This document shows, piece after piece, positions 40,913 to 51,735 of a stretch of 64,000 nt of DNA. Made by a program: the position numbers and the translations under genes. Positions within the stretch are counted from its first letter, which is position 1; each line of letters starts with the position of its first letter. Below the pieces are notes generated by a model. It ran no database searches, was not told the origin of the DNA, and saw nothing but the letters and a program-made list of their open reading frames with translations. This DNA is from Candidatus Poribacteria bacterium (GTDB lineage: Bacteria; Poribacteria; WGA-4E; WGA-3G). The stretch is taken from the NCBI GenBank assembly GCA_963665235.2, contig CAXXLX010000001.1:3104001-3168000 (forward strand). The letters run 5' to 3'.

Positions 40913-42960
40913 ATGGATGCTCCTAAATATCGTATGAATATCAGCAATACCGTCCTGTATCATCTCGGTATTAATCTTTATAGTAATGTCCCTGCTGCTT
41001 TGTCCGAAGTAGTAGCGAATTCTTGGGACGCTGATGCAACAAATGTTGATATTCAAATAGAAGGAGACACAATTACTATCACCGACGATGGACACGGCAT
41101 GACGTTCGATGATATCAATGGCAAGTACCTTGAGATTGGATATGAACGACGAAAGGCTGAAGAACAAGGGGCAGCTGTAACGGCTCATTACGGACGCGAG
41201 GTTATGGGCAGGAAAGGCATTGGCAAACTTTCACTTTTTTCAATTGCTAAAATTATTAAGGTTGAAACTTTTAAAGACGGTTCACGAAATGGGTTTGTGA
41301 TGTCAATAGATGAAATTGAGAAACATATTAAACAGAATAAATCCGCAACCTTATGAACCAACACCTCTGCCCGAATCTGAAATGGTACTTGATAGCAAAG
41401 GGACGCGAATTGTTCTTACGGAGCTAAAAAAGCGGGTTACCATAGCTACTCCTGATTATGTAAAGAAAAGGCTTGCGCGCCGGTTCAGCATCATTGGTTC
41501 TGAAAATGATTTCACGGTTTGTGTTAATGAATCTCCCATTAGTATTACAGACCGTGATTACTTTCATAAACTTCAGTATCTCTGGCACTATGGGGATGGA
41601 AGTGAGAAGTATGTAAATTTATGCAACAATTTGGAGAATCCTGAACATAACGAAAAAAGAGATGGGGCAATCCAGTATGAGCGTAAAAGATGAGGATAAT
41701 ATTGAAAATTTGATCCTGTTAAGAGGTTGGATTGGAACTGTTCCGGAAGCCGAAGGAACTGACAGACACAAATGTACACGATCAAAGAAGATATAAACGA
41801 AAATCTCAATAAGATTGTAGTCATGGTTCGCGGTAAACTTGCCCAGGAAAACATCCTTGACGATATTCAGAGCAATCGGGATTCTATACCATGAATACCT
41901 TATTGGCGAAATTCATGCGGATTTCTTGGATATGGATAATTTGGATGATATTGCAACGACCAATCGACAAGAAATTATTAAAGACAATCTGAGATATGAC
42001 ACACTTAAGGAATGGGTTAGAAAAGAATTGTATCATATTCGGGATAAATGGGATGAGTGGCGCAAACAGATAACAAAAGATGAAGTTATGCAAAGTCCTG
42101 CACTTAAGGAATGGCTTGAGGAATTAGAACCCGGAATACAGGAACAAGCAGAGTCACTTTTTGATAAAATAAAGCAATTTCGGATAGATGAATACGATGA
42201 TAGAATGCTGCTCTATAAACAGGCAGCTTTGGCGTTTGAGCAGCTTCGAAATAGGGGAGCTCTCGAACAGTTGAAAAAAATAACAGTAGAAAATATTCCA
42301 GTCTTCATGGAGATTTTAGGTAATTTTGATGATGTTGAAATATCATTATATTATCAAATGATTCAAGATAGACTAAAGATCATTACTAAATTGCAAGAGA
42401 TAACAGATGCTAACGCTGTGGAACGGGTTGTTCAGGAGTTCTTTACGATCACTTGTGGTTATTGGATCCCTCATGGGATAGAGCGACAGAAACACCTATA
42501 ATGGAGAAAAATGTCAAAACGGAGTTTGGTAAGCTTAATGCTAATACTTACGGATACGGAAAAAAGGGGGCGTTTTGACATCAAGTATAAAAAGACCTCT
42601 GGGAAGCACATTATCATAGAACTCAAACGCTCCGGTAGAACATTGGATGAATTTGAACTATTAGCACAAGTTGATAATTACAGAAACGCTTTAGAAAAAC
42701 TTGTGGCGGAAACAGGAAAAAACGAACCTGTTGAGGTGATCTGTATCGTTGGTAAACCTCTCAAACAGTGGACCACTCCGGAAAAAGCAGAGGAATCTAG
42801 AGAATCTATGGCGGCCAGAAATATACGCGTCATTTACTATCAAGAACTCATTGAAAATTCTTATCAAAGTTATAAGAGCTTTTTAGAAACATATCCAGAA
42901 GCAGGCAGGGTTTCTCGGCTTATCAAAAACATTAGAGATGAAGAACAGAAAGTTGATTAG
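40913..42960 (+). pseudogene. Frameshifted MORC/GHKL ATPase + PD-(D/E)xK nuclease (HgiDII-like restriction enzyme)
   Basis: LSEVVANSWDA, DDGHGM, GRKGIGKL; conserved-looking blocks GWIGTV, KIVVMVRGKLAQE and DHLWLLDPSW in shifted frames; C-terminal RFDI...IIIELKR. Confidence 0.78.
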
Positions 42961-43002
42961 ACAGGTTTTTAACGCTGCTCGGAATAAATAGGAAAGGAAA
43001 AC

Positions 43003-44270
43003 ATGAACAAATTAAATTTACCAGCACATTGGAAAGTGGCAAGACTATCTAATCAGCAGCTATTCAGTTTTGAAAATGGTATTTGGAAAGGAAAAAAAGA
43101 ACCCTTTGAAGAGTGTGCTGTTGTAAGAAATACCAATTTTACCAGCGATGGATACCTTGATTTAACAGATGTAGCCATCTTATCTATAGAGCAGCGGCAT
43201 TTAACCAAGAAAAGTCTGAAATGGGGCGATATAATTATCGAGCGTTCTGGAGGCGGTCCTGAACAACCTGTTGGTAGAGTTGTGTTTTTTGACCTCAATG
43301 ATGGAACATACTGTTTTAGTAATTTCACAAGTCGTTTGAGGGTACTTGATAAAAGCATGATATGTCCTACCTACCTTTTTTTCTACCTTCTGTATTTTCA
43401 TGCTACAGCGCTTTTGAATCTGAAAGTCTACAAATAAGGACCACCGGTATAATCGACATCTATAGGTATTTGCGAGAGATTATTCAGAATCTAGTATGTC
43501 CCCTGCCCTCACTTCCCGAACAGCGCGCTATCGCCCACATCTTACAGACAATCCAAGAGGCAAAGTTTACCCGACAACGCGAAATTGCATTAGAGCGCGA
43601 ACGCAAAGCGGCATTGATGGCGCACCTCTTTTCACACGGCACGAAGGGTGAACCCCGCAAGCAGACAGAAATAGGCGAAATTCCTGAGAGTTGGGGGGTT
43701 GTTCAACTCAAAGAGATAGCCAATTTAAGGCGTGAGAATGTAAAACCTGAAGATAATCAGAACCTAAATTTTGTGGGACTTGAGCACATTGATTCGGGGG
43801 AGAGCATTCTAAAACGTTGGGGAGATGCTGCGGCGATGAAAAGTGCGAAAAATCGTTTTTATCCTGATGATGTCTTATATGGAAAGTTACGAGCTTATTT
43901 GGATAAAACAGTTATAGCTGAAATGGAGGGAATCTGCTCTACCGATATTCTTGTTTTTACTGCAAATTCAAAAATAGTCCCAAGATTTTTAGTTTATCTT
44001 TTGCATACTGAAGTGTTCGTGAATCATGCGGTATCAACATCAACAGGAATAAGCCATCCAAGGACCTCATGGAATTCTTTAGGAAAATTCACCTGCGCGC
44101 TTCCTCCGCTTTCCGAGCAATATGCCATTGCTGCCGTTTTTCAAGCGATTGATAAAAAAACAGCAGCCCTTGAACGAGAAGTTGAACTTATAGATGAACT
44201 CTTCCACGCCATGCTTGACGAACTAATGATGGGGCAGCGGCCTGCTGTGCCGCTGATTGATGCACCGTGA
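43003..44270 (+). pseudogene. hsdS: Type I R-M specificity subunit HsdS, frameshifted near 43400-43480
   Basis: LPAHWK, LPSLPEQRAI, TEIGEIPESW, LPPLSEQ; split over two frames. Confidence 0.85.
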
Positions 44271-44471
44271 CAGAACATTTTACGCGCTCGCTCGTTGCAA
44301 TTTTGCTTGTAAAGTGCTATAATTTGATAAATCACATTCATGGAGGCAAAAACATGTCATCAGCTGCAGCCGAGGCGAACATTACCCCTGAGGTGTCCCT
44401 CGACTCGGAACGCCGGTACAAGATATCTATGCACGCCTCACATTATCCGATTAAAATATTGGAGGTCCGAG

Positions 44472-45734
44472 ATGGTTTTAAAATCGATCCGTTTAAAAAA
44501 CGTCAAATGTTTTTCTGATATTGCTCTATCATTTGAAGACGAGGGTGGCGATATCCGCAAGTGGACACTACTTCTCGCTGAAAATGGTGCTGGCAAGAGT
44601 ACGTTGCTGAAAGCCATCGCCCTTGCAACTGCGGGAAGTGATGCCATAGCTGATCTGTTAGGGAAACCTTCCGATTGGATTCGGTATCGGACCAGAGGAT
44701 GTGAAATCTCAGCCGTTTTGGGTACAAAGGAAGGAGAAGAGCGGGAGGTTCGCTTACAGCTTGAGTCTAAAGATACTCGGGCGGATATCATCGTAAAAAA
44801 TAGAGAACATCTCGCGTGGCTTGATAATGCCCTAAACCGAAAAAACAGAGACTATTTTGTTGTAGGCTGTGGGGCATCGCGACGGTTCCATACGGTAAAC
44901 AGCAGGAGAACAAAGACATCGGGATTTACGAGCAAAAGAGCCCAACGCGTCGCGACCCTATTTGATCTCGACGCAACCCTTACGCCAATTGATGGATGGG
45001 TAATGGATATGGACTACCTTGAAAACTGGACTGGGCGGGAAACTGTTCTAGGGGTGCTCAGCAATTTGTTACCGGAAATAAAGTTTGACAGTATTGATAA
45101 GCGGAGTGGTCATCTGCTGTTTCAGACACCGGATGGAATTGTGCCGTTACACTCCCTCAGTGACGGGTATCTTGCAATGGCGGCTTGGATAGGGGACCTA
45201 TTATTCCAAGTTTTAGACACCTTCGAGGACTTACAGAAAGAACCACTTACTGCAAGGGGGCTGCTTCTCATTGATGAGGTTGACCTGCATCTCCATCCAA
45301 AGCGGCAACGCGAACTGCTCTCGTTTCTCAATAAATGGTTACCGAATTTTCAATTCATTGTAACAACGCACTCACCTATGACAGCTCAACAGGCAGGCGA
45401 AGGGGAACTCTACTGCCTGATGCGCGAAGCCGGGGACATTCAAATCTATCCGTTTGCTGGTCCCCCGAAAATGCTTCTTTTACACCAATTGGTGATGACC
45501 CCCGCGTTTGGATTGGATACTGATGAATCAAAAGAGATTGAGGATATGAAGAATCGATACCGCTACCTCCGGGACAAAGCGGAAAAATCGGTTGAGGAAC
45601 GTGAGGAACTGAAGCAGCTGACCGAGCTGCTCACTGAGCTCCCTATTGGCGATAGATCAAATATAGGTGTTTCTGAAAAACACGCGGAACTTTTGCGAAA
45701 AATTGAGAAGGAATTGCGGGAGGGGAAAGTGTGA
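44472..45734 (+). CDS. AAA_21/ABC-type ATPase, Septu PtuA-like
   Basis: GGAGG RBS at 44461; ENGAGKS, LSDG, LLLIDEVDLHLHP, TTHSP. Confidence 0.88.
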   Translation: MVLKSIRLKNVKCFSDIALSFEDEGGDIRKWTLLLAENGAGKSTLLKAIALATAGSDAIADLLGKPSDWIRYRTRGCEISAVLGTKEGEEREVRLQLESKDTRADIIVKNREHLAWLDNALNRKNRDYFVVGCGASRRFHTVNSRRTKTSGFTSKRAQRVATLFDLDATLTPIDGWVMDMDYLENWTGRETVLGVLSNLLPEIKFDSIDKRSGHLLFQTPDGIVPLHSLSDGYLAMAAWIGDLLFQVLDTFEDLQKEPLTARGLLLIDEVDLHLHPKRQRELLSFLNKWLPNFQFIVTTHSPMTAQQAGEGELYCLMREAGDIQIYPFAGPPKMLLLHQLVMTPAFGLDTDESKEIEDMKNRYRYLRDKAEKSVEEREELKQLTELLTELPIGDRSNIGVSEKHAELLRKIEKELREGKV

Positions 45735-46609
45735 TACCCTTGAAGAGGAGCCGTTCCGAGAAGGACATCTACCCCAACTTTCACGGCAAGGCAAAGAGAA
45801 CTTTTGAAAAGGAATTGCTGCTCAACCAGAGGCGTATCATGCGCGGCGAAATTCGAAAACACACTTTCAATAGCGAGCGCTGGAAAAAAGCGAAAAAACA
45901 ATTGCTTGCCGAGACAGGCGGTAAATGTGCCTACTGCGAAGTATCAATTTCAGAGGCCGCGTTCGGGGATGTTGAACATTATCGCCCCAAGAGTAAGTAT
46001 TGGTGGCTCGCTTACTGCTATGACAATTATCTTGCCTCATGTCAACTGTGCAATCAGAAGTACAAGAAAGATGCTTTTCCTGTCCAAAATTGGCGGATGT
46101 GGCAACCTATAATTTGGAGCGACATATCAGACGAATTTATAGCGGCTATAACAGGGACAATCGCGCCCGACCCGTTGAATAAAACGCAGGTTAACGCCTT
46201 CATCCACCGCCATGAACAGGAACGTCCACTTCTGCTCAACCCTTATTTCGATGATCCTTCTGAATACTTTGCATGGAGAGCTGATGATGTACTGAGAGAA
46301 GTTGAAATCACTGCTAACCCTGACAGTCCGGAAGTTGAAACCATTGCTAACACAAGAAACCGTGAAGTTGAGTCTATTGCTGCAGCATCCATTGATCACT
46401 ATGGTTTGAATCGTAAGGAACTCAGAAATCGCAGATACAGGATTTACAAGCAGTATAGAAGATTCAAACAAATACTTGAAGATAATGGAATCAGTCCAGA
46501 AACTCGGAACCTGAGTATAAGTGCTATAGAAGAAATGAAGGCACCGGATGCCAGATTCGCAGGTATGATTCGGTACTTTGATGAACTTCCTTCTAAATCT
46601 GAACCTTGA
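45731..46609 (+). CDS. HNH endonuclease, Septu PtuB-like
   Basis: KCAYCE, DVEHYRPK, CQLCNQKYK, PLLLNPY; GTGA overlap with the ATPase. Confidence 0.88.
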   Translation: MIPLKRSRSEKDIYPNFHGKAKRTFEKELLLNQRRIMRGEIRKHTFNSERWKKAKKQLLAETGGKCAYCEVSISEAAFGDVEHYRPKSKYWWLAYCYDNYLASCQLCNQKYKKDAFPVQNWRMWQPIIWSDISDEFIAAITGTIAPDPLNKTQVNAFIHRHEQERPLLLNPYFDDPSEYFAWRADDVLREVEITANPDSPEVETIANTRNREVESIAAASIDHYGLNRKELRNRRYRIYKQYRRFKQILEDNGISPETRNLSISAIEEMKAPDARFAGMIRYFDELPSKSEP

Positions 46610-49098
46610 ATTGGAATATATTGCCCTATTCGTATAATTCGGAGACAACTATGTCTGAACGTTCCGCAGTCCAAGAGCCGATGCTCCAATACGCCGATGA
46701 AATAGGTTGGGAGTTTATCCCTCCATCAGAAGCGATGCAGATGCGTGGAGGTAATACCGCAGTGCTCTATTTTATCGATGTCTTGAGGACGCAACTCTTG
46801 AAACTCAACGCAGGTGTCATAGACGAAGTTAATTGCGATGAGATTATGCGGCAGCTGAGTATTCTCAAAGCGACCCTTGAGGGAAATTGGGAAGCCTTGT
46901 TGTGGATGCGCGGTGAAAAGTCAATTTTTGTTCCAAGCCAAAACCGCGAGCGCAATGTCACCCTAATTGATTTTGAAACCCCGACAATAATCGATTTCAC
47001 GTCACCGATGAATGGGAACAGCGAGGTGTTGTTCACACCAACCGCGCCGATGTTGTGTTTTTAATCAACGGCATCCCGGTGGCAGTCGTAGAGGCGAAAT
47101 CTGCTAAGAAGACAGATGGGGTAGCACTCGGTGTTGAACAGGTACGCCGTTACCACGACGAGACACCGGAGATGTTCACCACCGCGCAACTCTTCGGTGT
47201 CACACAACTGCTGGACCTCTTCTACGGCGTGACGTGGAACACCAGCCGCAAAAATCTGTTCAACTGGAAAATCGACGAACCCACCAACTACGAGCAGAAG
47301 GTTAAGACCTTCTTCGAGCGCGAACGTCTTTTGCAGGTGCTGCAGCAGTCCATTATCTTCCAGAGCAGAGACGACCAGCTCACCAAAATCGTGTTGCGTC
47401 AACACCAGACGCGTGCAGTGGAGAAAGTGATTGAGCGGGTTCACAATCCGGACAAACGGCGCGGGCTTGTCTGGCATACACAGGGCAGCGGTAAAACCCT
47501 CACGATGATAACCATTGCTGCTCGTCTCCTCCGCGGCGGAGAACAGACAGAAAAACCCACCGTGCTGATGGTCGTTGACCGCAATGAATTAGAGAGCCAA
47601 CTTTTTAAGAATATCACCGGTTATGGCATTACGACACCTGAGGTTGCAGAGAGTAAAGCGGCTTTAGAGAGAATCTTAGCCTCCGATTACAGAGGTTTGG
47701 TCGTATCAATGATTCATAAATTCGACAAGCGTCCGGCAAATCTTAACACCGGTGAGAACGTGATAGTATTGATAGACGAGGCGCACCGCACTACCGGCAG
47801 CAATTTTGGAAATTATCTGATGGCAGCTCTGCCTAACGCAACCTATATCGGTTTTACTGGAACACCTATCGATAGACTTTCTAAAGGTGAGGGAACGTTT
47901 AAGGTGTTCGGTGTAGATGATGAACAGGGGTATCTTGATAAATATGCAATCGCTGCATCTATTGAAGATGGCACAACTGTCTCGTTGAATTACGCGCTTG
48001 CCCCATCCGGTTTGCAGGTTGATTCTGACATATTAGACCGGGAATTTCTAAATCTTGCAGCATTGGAGGGCGTTAGTGACCTTGATGAACTGAACGCCAT
48101 TCTTGAACGTGCTGTCAATCTGAAAGCGATGATGAAAACCTCTGAGAGGGTAGATGGCATTGCAAAATACGTTGTCCAACATTTCCAAGACACTATAGAA
48201 CCGATGGGTTTCAAGGCGTTTCTGGTGGCTGTAGACCGTGAGGCGTGTGCTTCGTATAAAAAGGCATTGGATAAATATCTACCATCGGAATATTCGGAGG
48301 TTGTCTATTCCTCAAACAATAGAGATTCCGAGTTGATGAAAACGTATCACCACACATCGGCGCAGGAGAAGGAAATTCGTAAGCGATTCATTGACAAAAC
48401 ATCACAACCGAAGATTTTGATTGTAACTCAGAAATTGTTGACTGGCTTCGACGCGCCGATTCTTTACTGCATGTACCTCGATAAACCGATGCGCGACCAT
48501 GTGTTATTACAAGCAATTGCCCGTGTTAACCGACCCTACGAAGACGAAGATGGTTTGGTAAAACCCGCTGGTTTCGTCTTAGATTTTGTCGGCATCTTCG
48601 AAAACCTTAAAAAAGCACTCGCTTTCGATTCCGATGAAGTAGCGAGTGTGATTCAGAATATTGATGTGCTCGAAGCGGCTTTCGCCAAACGCATCCGCGA
48701 AGACGCAGCGGCATATTTACCCTTCACTAAAGGTTGGGATGATAAGGCGAAAGAACGAGCCATTGAACATTTTGAGGATAAGGACAAGCGAGAGGTTTTC
48801 TTCAAATTCTTCAGGGGGTTACAAAATCTCTATGACATTCTTTCACCGGATGCCTTCTTACGCGAATTCATAGCGGACTATCAGGCATTGGCAACCCTTT
48901 ATGGACTGATTCGTACCGCCTATTCCGATCGGATCTACGTTGATAAGGAGTTAACCGCCAAGACGCAAGAACTGTTGCAGGAGCATACGGAGAGCAATCC
49001 GTTTGAAGTGCCAGGGGCCGTTTATCAAGTCTTCCGCTACAAAACCCCCGTGCTTTAGCTGGGGGATGTAGTCGCGGCGCATGTACTAAAATTTTAAT

Positions 49099-49127
49099 TT
49101 GACATTCTACTAAAAATGAGGTATAAT
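49099..49127 (+). promoter_or_regulatory. Consensus sigma70 promoter for tnpA-tnpB
   Basis: TTGACA-N17-TATAAT. Confidence 0.75.
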
Positions 49128-49160
49128 ATATATATAATCTAACATAAAAAGGTTTTTAAA

Positions 49161-49574
49161 ATGAAGTTAGAAACACCCGAGTTAGTATATCAAAAGACAC
49201 GTTCCTCTACATACGCCTGTGAGTATCATATCATTTGGTGTACGAAATACAGGCGCACGGTTTTGTCTACTGAAATCCAAAATAGGTTTAAAGACCTTGT
49301 CTTAGAATCTCAAGATAAATACGGTTACGTTGTCCGTGCGGTGGAAACCATGACGGACCACGTGCATTTGTTGATTAGCATTCCTCCCACGGGAGCTGTT
49401 GGTATCATGATTGGCAAGATAAAAGCAATGACGGCAAAAGTGTTACGTGAGGAGTTTCCACACTTAAAATCAAGACTTCCGAATTTGTGGACACGCTCCT
49501 ATTTTGTTGCCTCTACAGGCGGTGTAACCCTCGATGTTTTAAAGCAGTATGTAGCAGATCAAAAAGGTGTATAG
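49161..49574 (+). CDS. tnpA: Y1 HUH transposase
   Basis: YHIIWCTKYR, DHVHLL, LWTRSYF, KQYV..Q. Confidence 0.95.
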   Translation: MKLETPELVYQKTRSSTYACEYHIIWCTKYRRTVLSTEIQNRFKDLVLESQDKYGYVVRAVETMTDHVHLLISIPPTGAVGIMIGKIKAMTAKVLREEFPHLKSRLPNLWTRSYFVASTGGVTLDVLKQYVADQKGV

Positions 49575-50785
49575 TGCGAAACACAAAACACAAACTTTTT
49601 CACGATAAGACCTTAAAGCGTCTACATGACGACCTAAATATCTGTGGTGTTGTGCGAAATCACTTCATCGCCCTATCTATGCGATATTACCGTCGCTACG
49701 GTAAGGGTTTGTCGTATGGCAAAATGTCTGCGCACCTAACAAAACTAAAGAAACTGAAGAAGTATGCCCATTGGAATATTCCGTATTCCTGGGCGTTACA
49801 AAATGTGGTGAAACGCCTTGCTCAATCTTTTAGAGACATGCGGACGCACAAACGCGGGCACCCCCAATTCAAGAAATGCCACAAGCACAAAGGCATGACG
49901 TTTCGCGGTGAACAGGTGAAAATAGAAAAGTTGCTTGCCCCACAAAAGCACGAAAGAAATAATCCTACCTATAAAATTCGCCTAAACGGACACTGGTATC
50001 GTTTTGCTTTGCATCGCGAGATAAAAGGTGAAATTAAAGAAGTTCACGTCACCCGTGACGCACTCGGAGCCCTCTATATCACACTCACTGAAGACTATAG
50101 CGAAGTCCTACCCGAGCCCAAGACAGGTAAAGCTGAAGGGTTTGATATGGGTATCAAAGATTTCCTGACTGGCAGTGATGGTAAACGATATATGTCTCCT
50201 ATGTTCTACAAACAGAACGCGAAAGACTTAGCCAAGGCACAAAGGGCGTATTCACGCAAGGTTTCAGGTTCTAATAATCAAGCACGAAGTCGGCAGCAAG
50301 TTGCACTTATCCATAAGCGGACTGTGAATCAGAGAATAGACCACCATTGGAAACTTGCTATTGACCTCTGTCGGCAGTTTGATATTCTGTTCTTTGAAGA
50401 CCTAAATCTTAAGGGCATGAAACAGATTTTAGGGAAACAAGTATCGGACCTTGCTTTTGGTGAGTTCATGCAAAAACTGAAACACCAAGCGAAAAAGCGG
50501 ATACGTTTTGTGCTGAAGATTGACCGTTGGATACCCACAACAAAAACCTGTTCTGTTTGCGGAGATAAAAACGAAACACTCACGTTAGCAGATAGAGAAT
50601 GGACCTGTCCGAGTTGCTATACGCATCTTGACAGAGACCACAACGCTGCTATCAATATTCTTAAGGAGGGGGTAGCCTCCTTTGGGTTAGGTATTGTAAG
50701 ACCTATTGTTTTGTTCAACAAAATTGTAGGCATCACCGTTGAAGCCACCAGTCGGCTTCTGAATTCCACAAATGCTTTCGTCTAA
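49574..50785 (+). CDS. tnpB: RNA-guided endonuclease TnpB
   Basis: GTG overlaps the tnpA stop; RuvC GFDMG, FEDL, DRDHNAA; zinc finger CSVC/CPSC. Confidence 0.93.
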   Translation: MRNTKHKLFHDKTLKRLHDDLNICGVVRNHFIALSMRYYRRYGKGLSYGKMSAHLTKLKKLKKYAHWNIPYSWALQNVVKRLAQSFRDMRTHKRGHPQFKKCHKHKGMTFRGEQVKIEKLLAPQKHERNNPTYKIRLNGHWYRFALHREIKGEIKEVHVTRDALGALYITLTEDYSEVLPEPKTGKAEGFDMGIKDFLTGSDGKRYMSPMFYKQNAKDLAKAQRAYSRKVSGSNNQARSRQQVALIHKRTVNQRIDHHWKLAIDLCRQFDILFFEDLNLKGMKQILGKQVSDLAFGEFMQKLKHQAKKRIRFVLKIDRWIPTTKTCSVCGDKNETLTLADREWTCPSCYTHLDRDHNAAINILKEGVASFGLGIVRPIVLFNKIVGITVEATSRLLNSTNAFV

Positions 50786-51321
50786 CATAGGACGGAAGCC
50801 CCCAGGCTTTAGCTGGGGGTCTATCACGAATTGAACGCGGACACCTTGCACAAAATGGATCAGAGCGATGCATCCGATACGGTCAAGGTGCAGAATTTAA
50901 GGAGGGTATTGCATCAGACGGTAGCAGACGAAGGCAAATCAAAACCTTTCCTCATCTCAATTGGTGAACGCGCAGAAGCGGTTGCAGAGGTTTATGAAAA
51001 TCGTCAGGTTGGAACGCAAGACATTTTAGCTGAATATAGGAGGTTAGCTGAAGAAGTTTCACGCGCTACAAGAGAACAGAATCAGATGGATATGGACCAG
51101 AATACCTATGCGGTCTATACGGTTCTCAGAAATGCTATAGAAGATGTTAACCCAGAGCAGGCGCGAGCCGTTAATCAGGTGTTTGCAGAATTTCCCGATT
51201 ATCGGTGGGATGACCATCAACAAAACCAGTTACGGAGGACACTCTACAAAACATTGAGACCCACTATCGGTAACGAAAACCTAATCGAAACGACGAACAA
51301 ATTGTTGAGGTTAGAACGCGT

Positions 51322-51636
51322 ATGAACACCGATAGAGCGGATTTGAAAGGAGCAGTGCGGCAGTGGGCAGTCCACATCGGTGTTGAGGTACGAGAGATTC
51401 ATCTACGGCACATGCAACGGAAGTGGGCATCTATATCCACGAACGGACGTTTAACCCTCAACACAGAGCTGCTCAGCATGCCCGAAACGTTGACAGAATT
51501 CGTGATTGTCCATGAGTTGGTACATCTGCTTGTCCCGAATCACGGCAAGTTGTTTAAGGGGTATATGTCCGCGTATCTGCCGGATTGGGAGGAACGGCAG
51601 TTCCGTTTAAAATCGTTATCTGTGGAGAACGTTTGA
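51322..51636 (+). CDS. YgjP/DUF45-like zinc metallopeptidase (short form) downstream of hsdR
   Basis: MQRKWAS, VHELVHL..PNHGKLF. Confidence 0.85.
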   Translation: MNTDRADLKGAVRQWAVHIGVEVREIHLRHMQRKWASISTNGRLTLNTELLSMPETLTEFVIVHELVHLLVPNHGKLFKGYMSAYLPDWEERQFRLKSLSVENV

Positions 51637-51735
51637 AAAAACTTTGATGCAGCGAATAAAATATGTTAAACTCTAAACGTAACGAAACATTTTACCTTTA
51701 CTGACCTCTTTTGCAGAAAAAATGTTGCAAGTATT

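Larger units (their letters stand above)
49026..50827 (+). mobile_element. IS200/IS605-family element (tnpA + tnpB), 1802 bp
   Basis: Inserted 3' of TTTAT with no target duplication; subterminal hairpins cccccgtgctttagctggggg and cccccaggctttagctggggg; ends ...ATCAC. Confidence 0.93.
46651..51325 (+). pseudogene. hsdR: Type I restriction subunit HsdR, with a 1-bp frameshift near 46977 and an IS inserted after 49025
   Basis: NGIP..VVEAK, HTQGSGKT, DEAH, GFTGTP, TGFDAP, QAIARVNR; removing 49026-50827 rejoins ...GAVY|ELNAD... in frame. Confidence 0.9.

Noticed and set aside
44270-46609. Retron (Ec78-type) system
   Set aside because: No RT gene and no msr/msd inverted repeats were recognised
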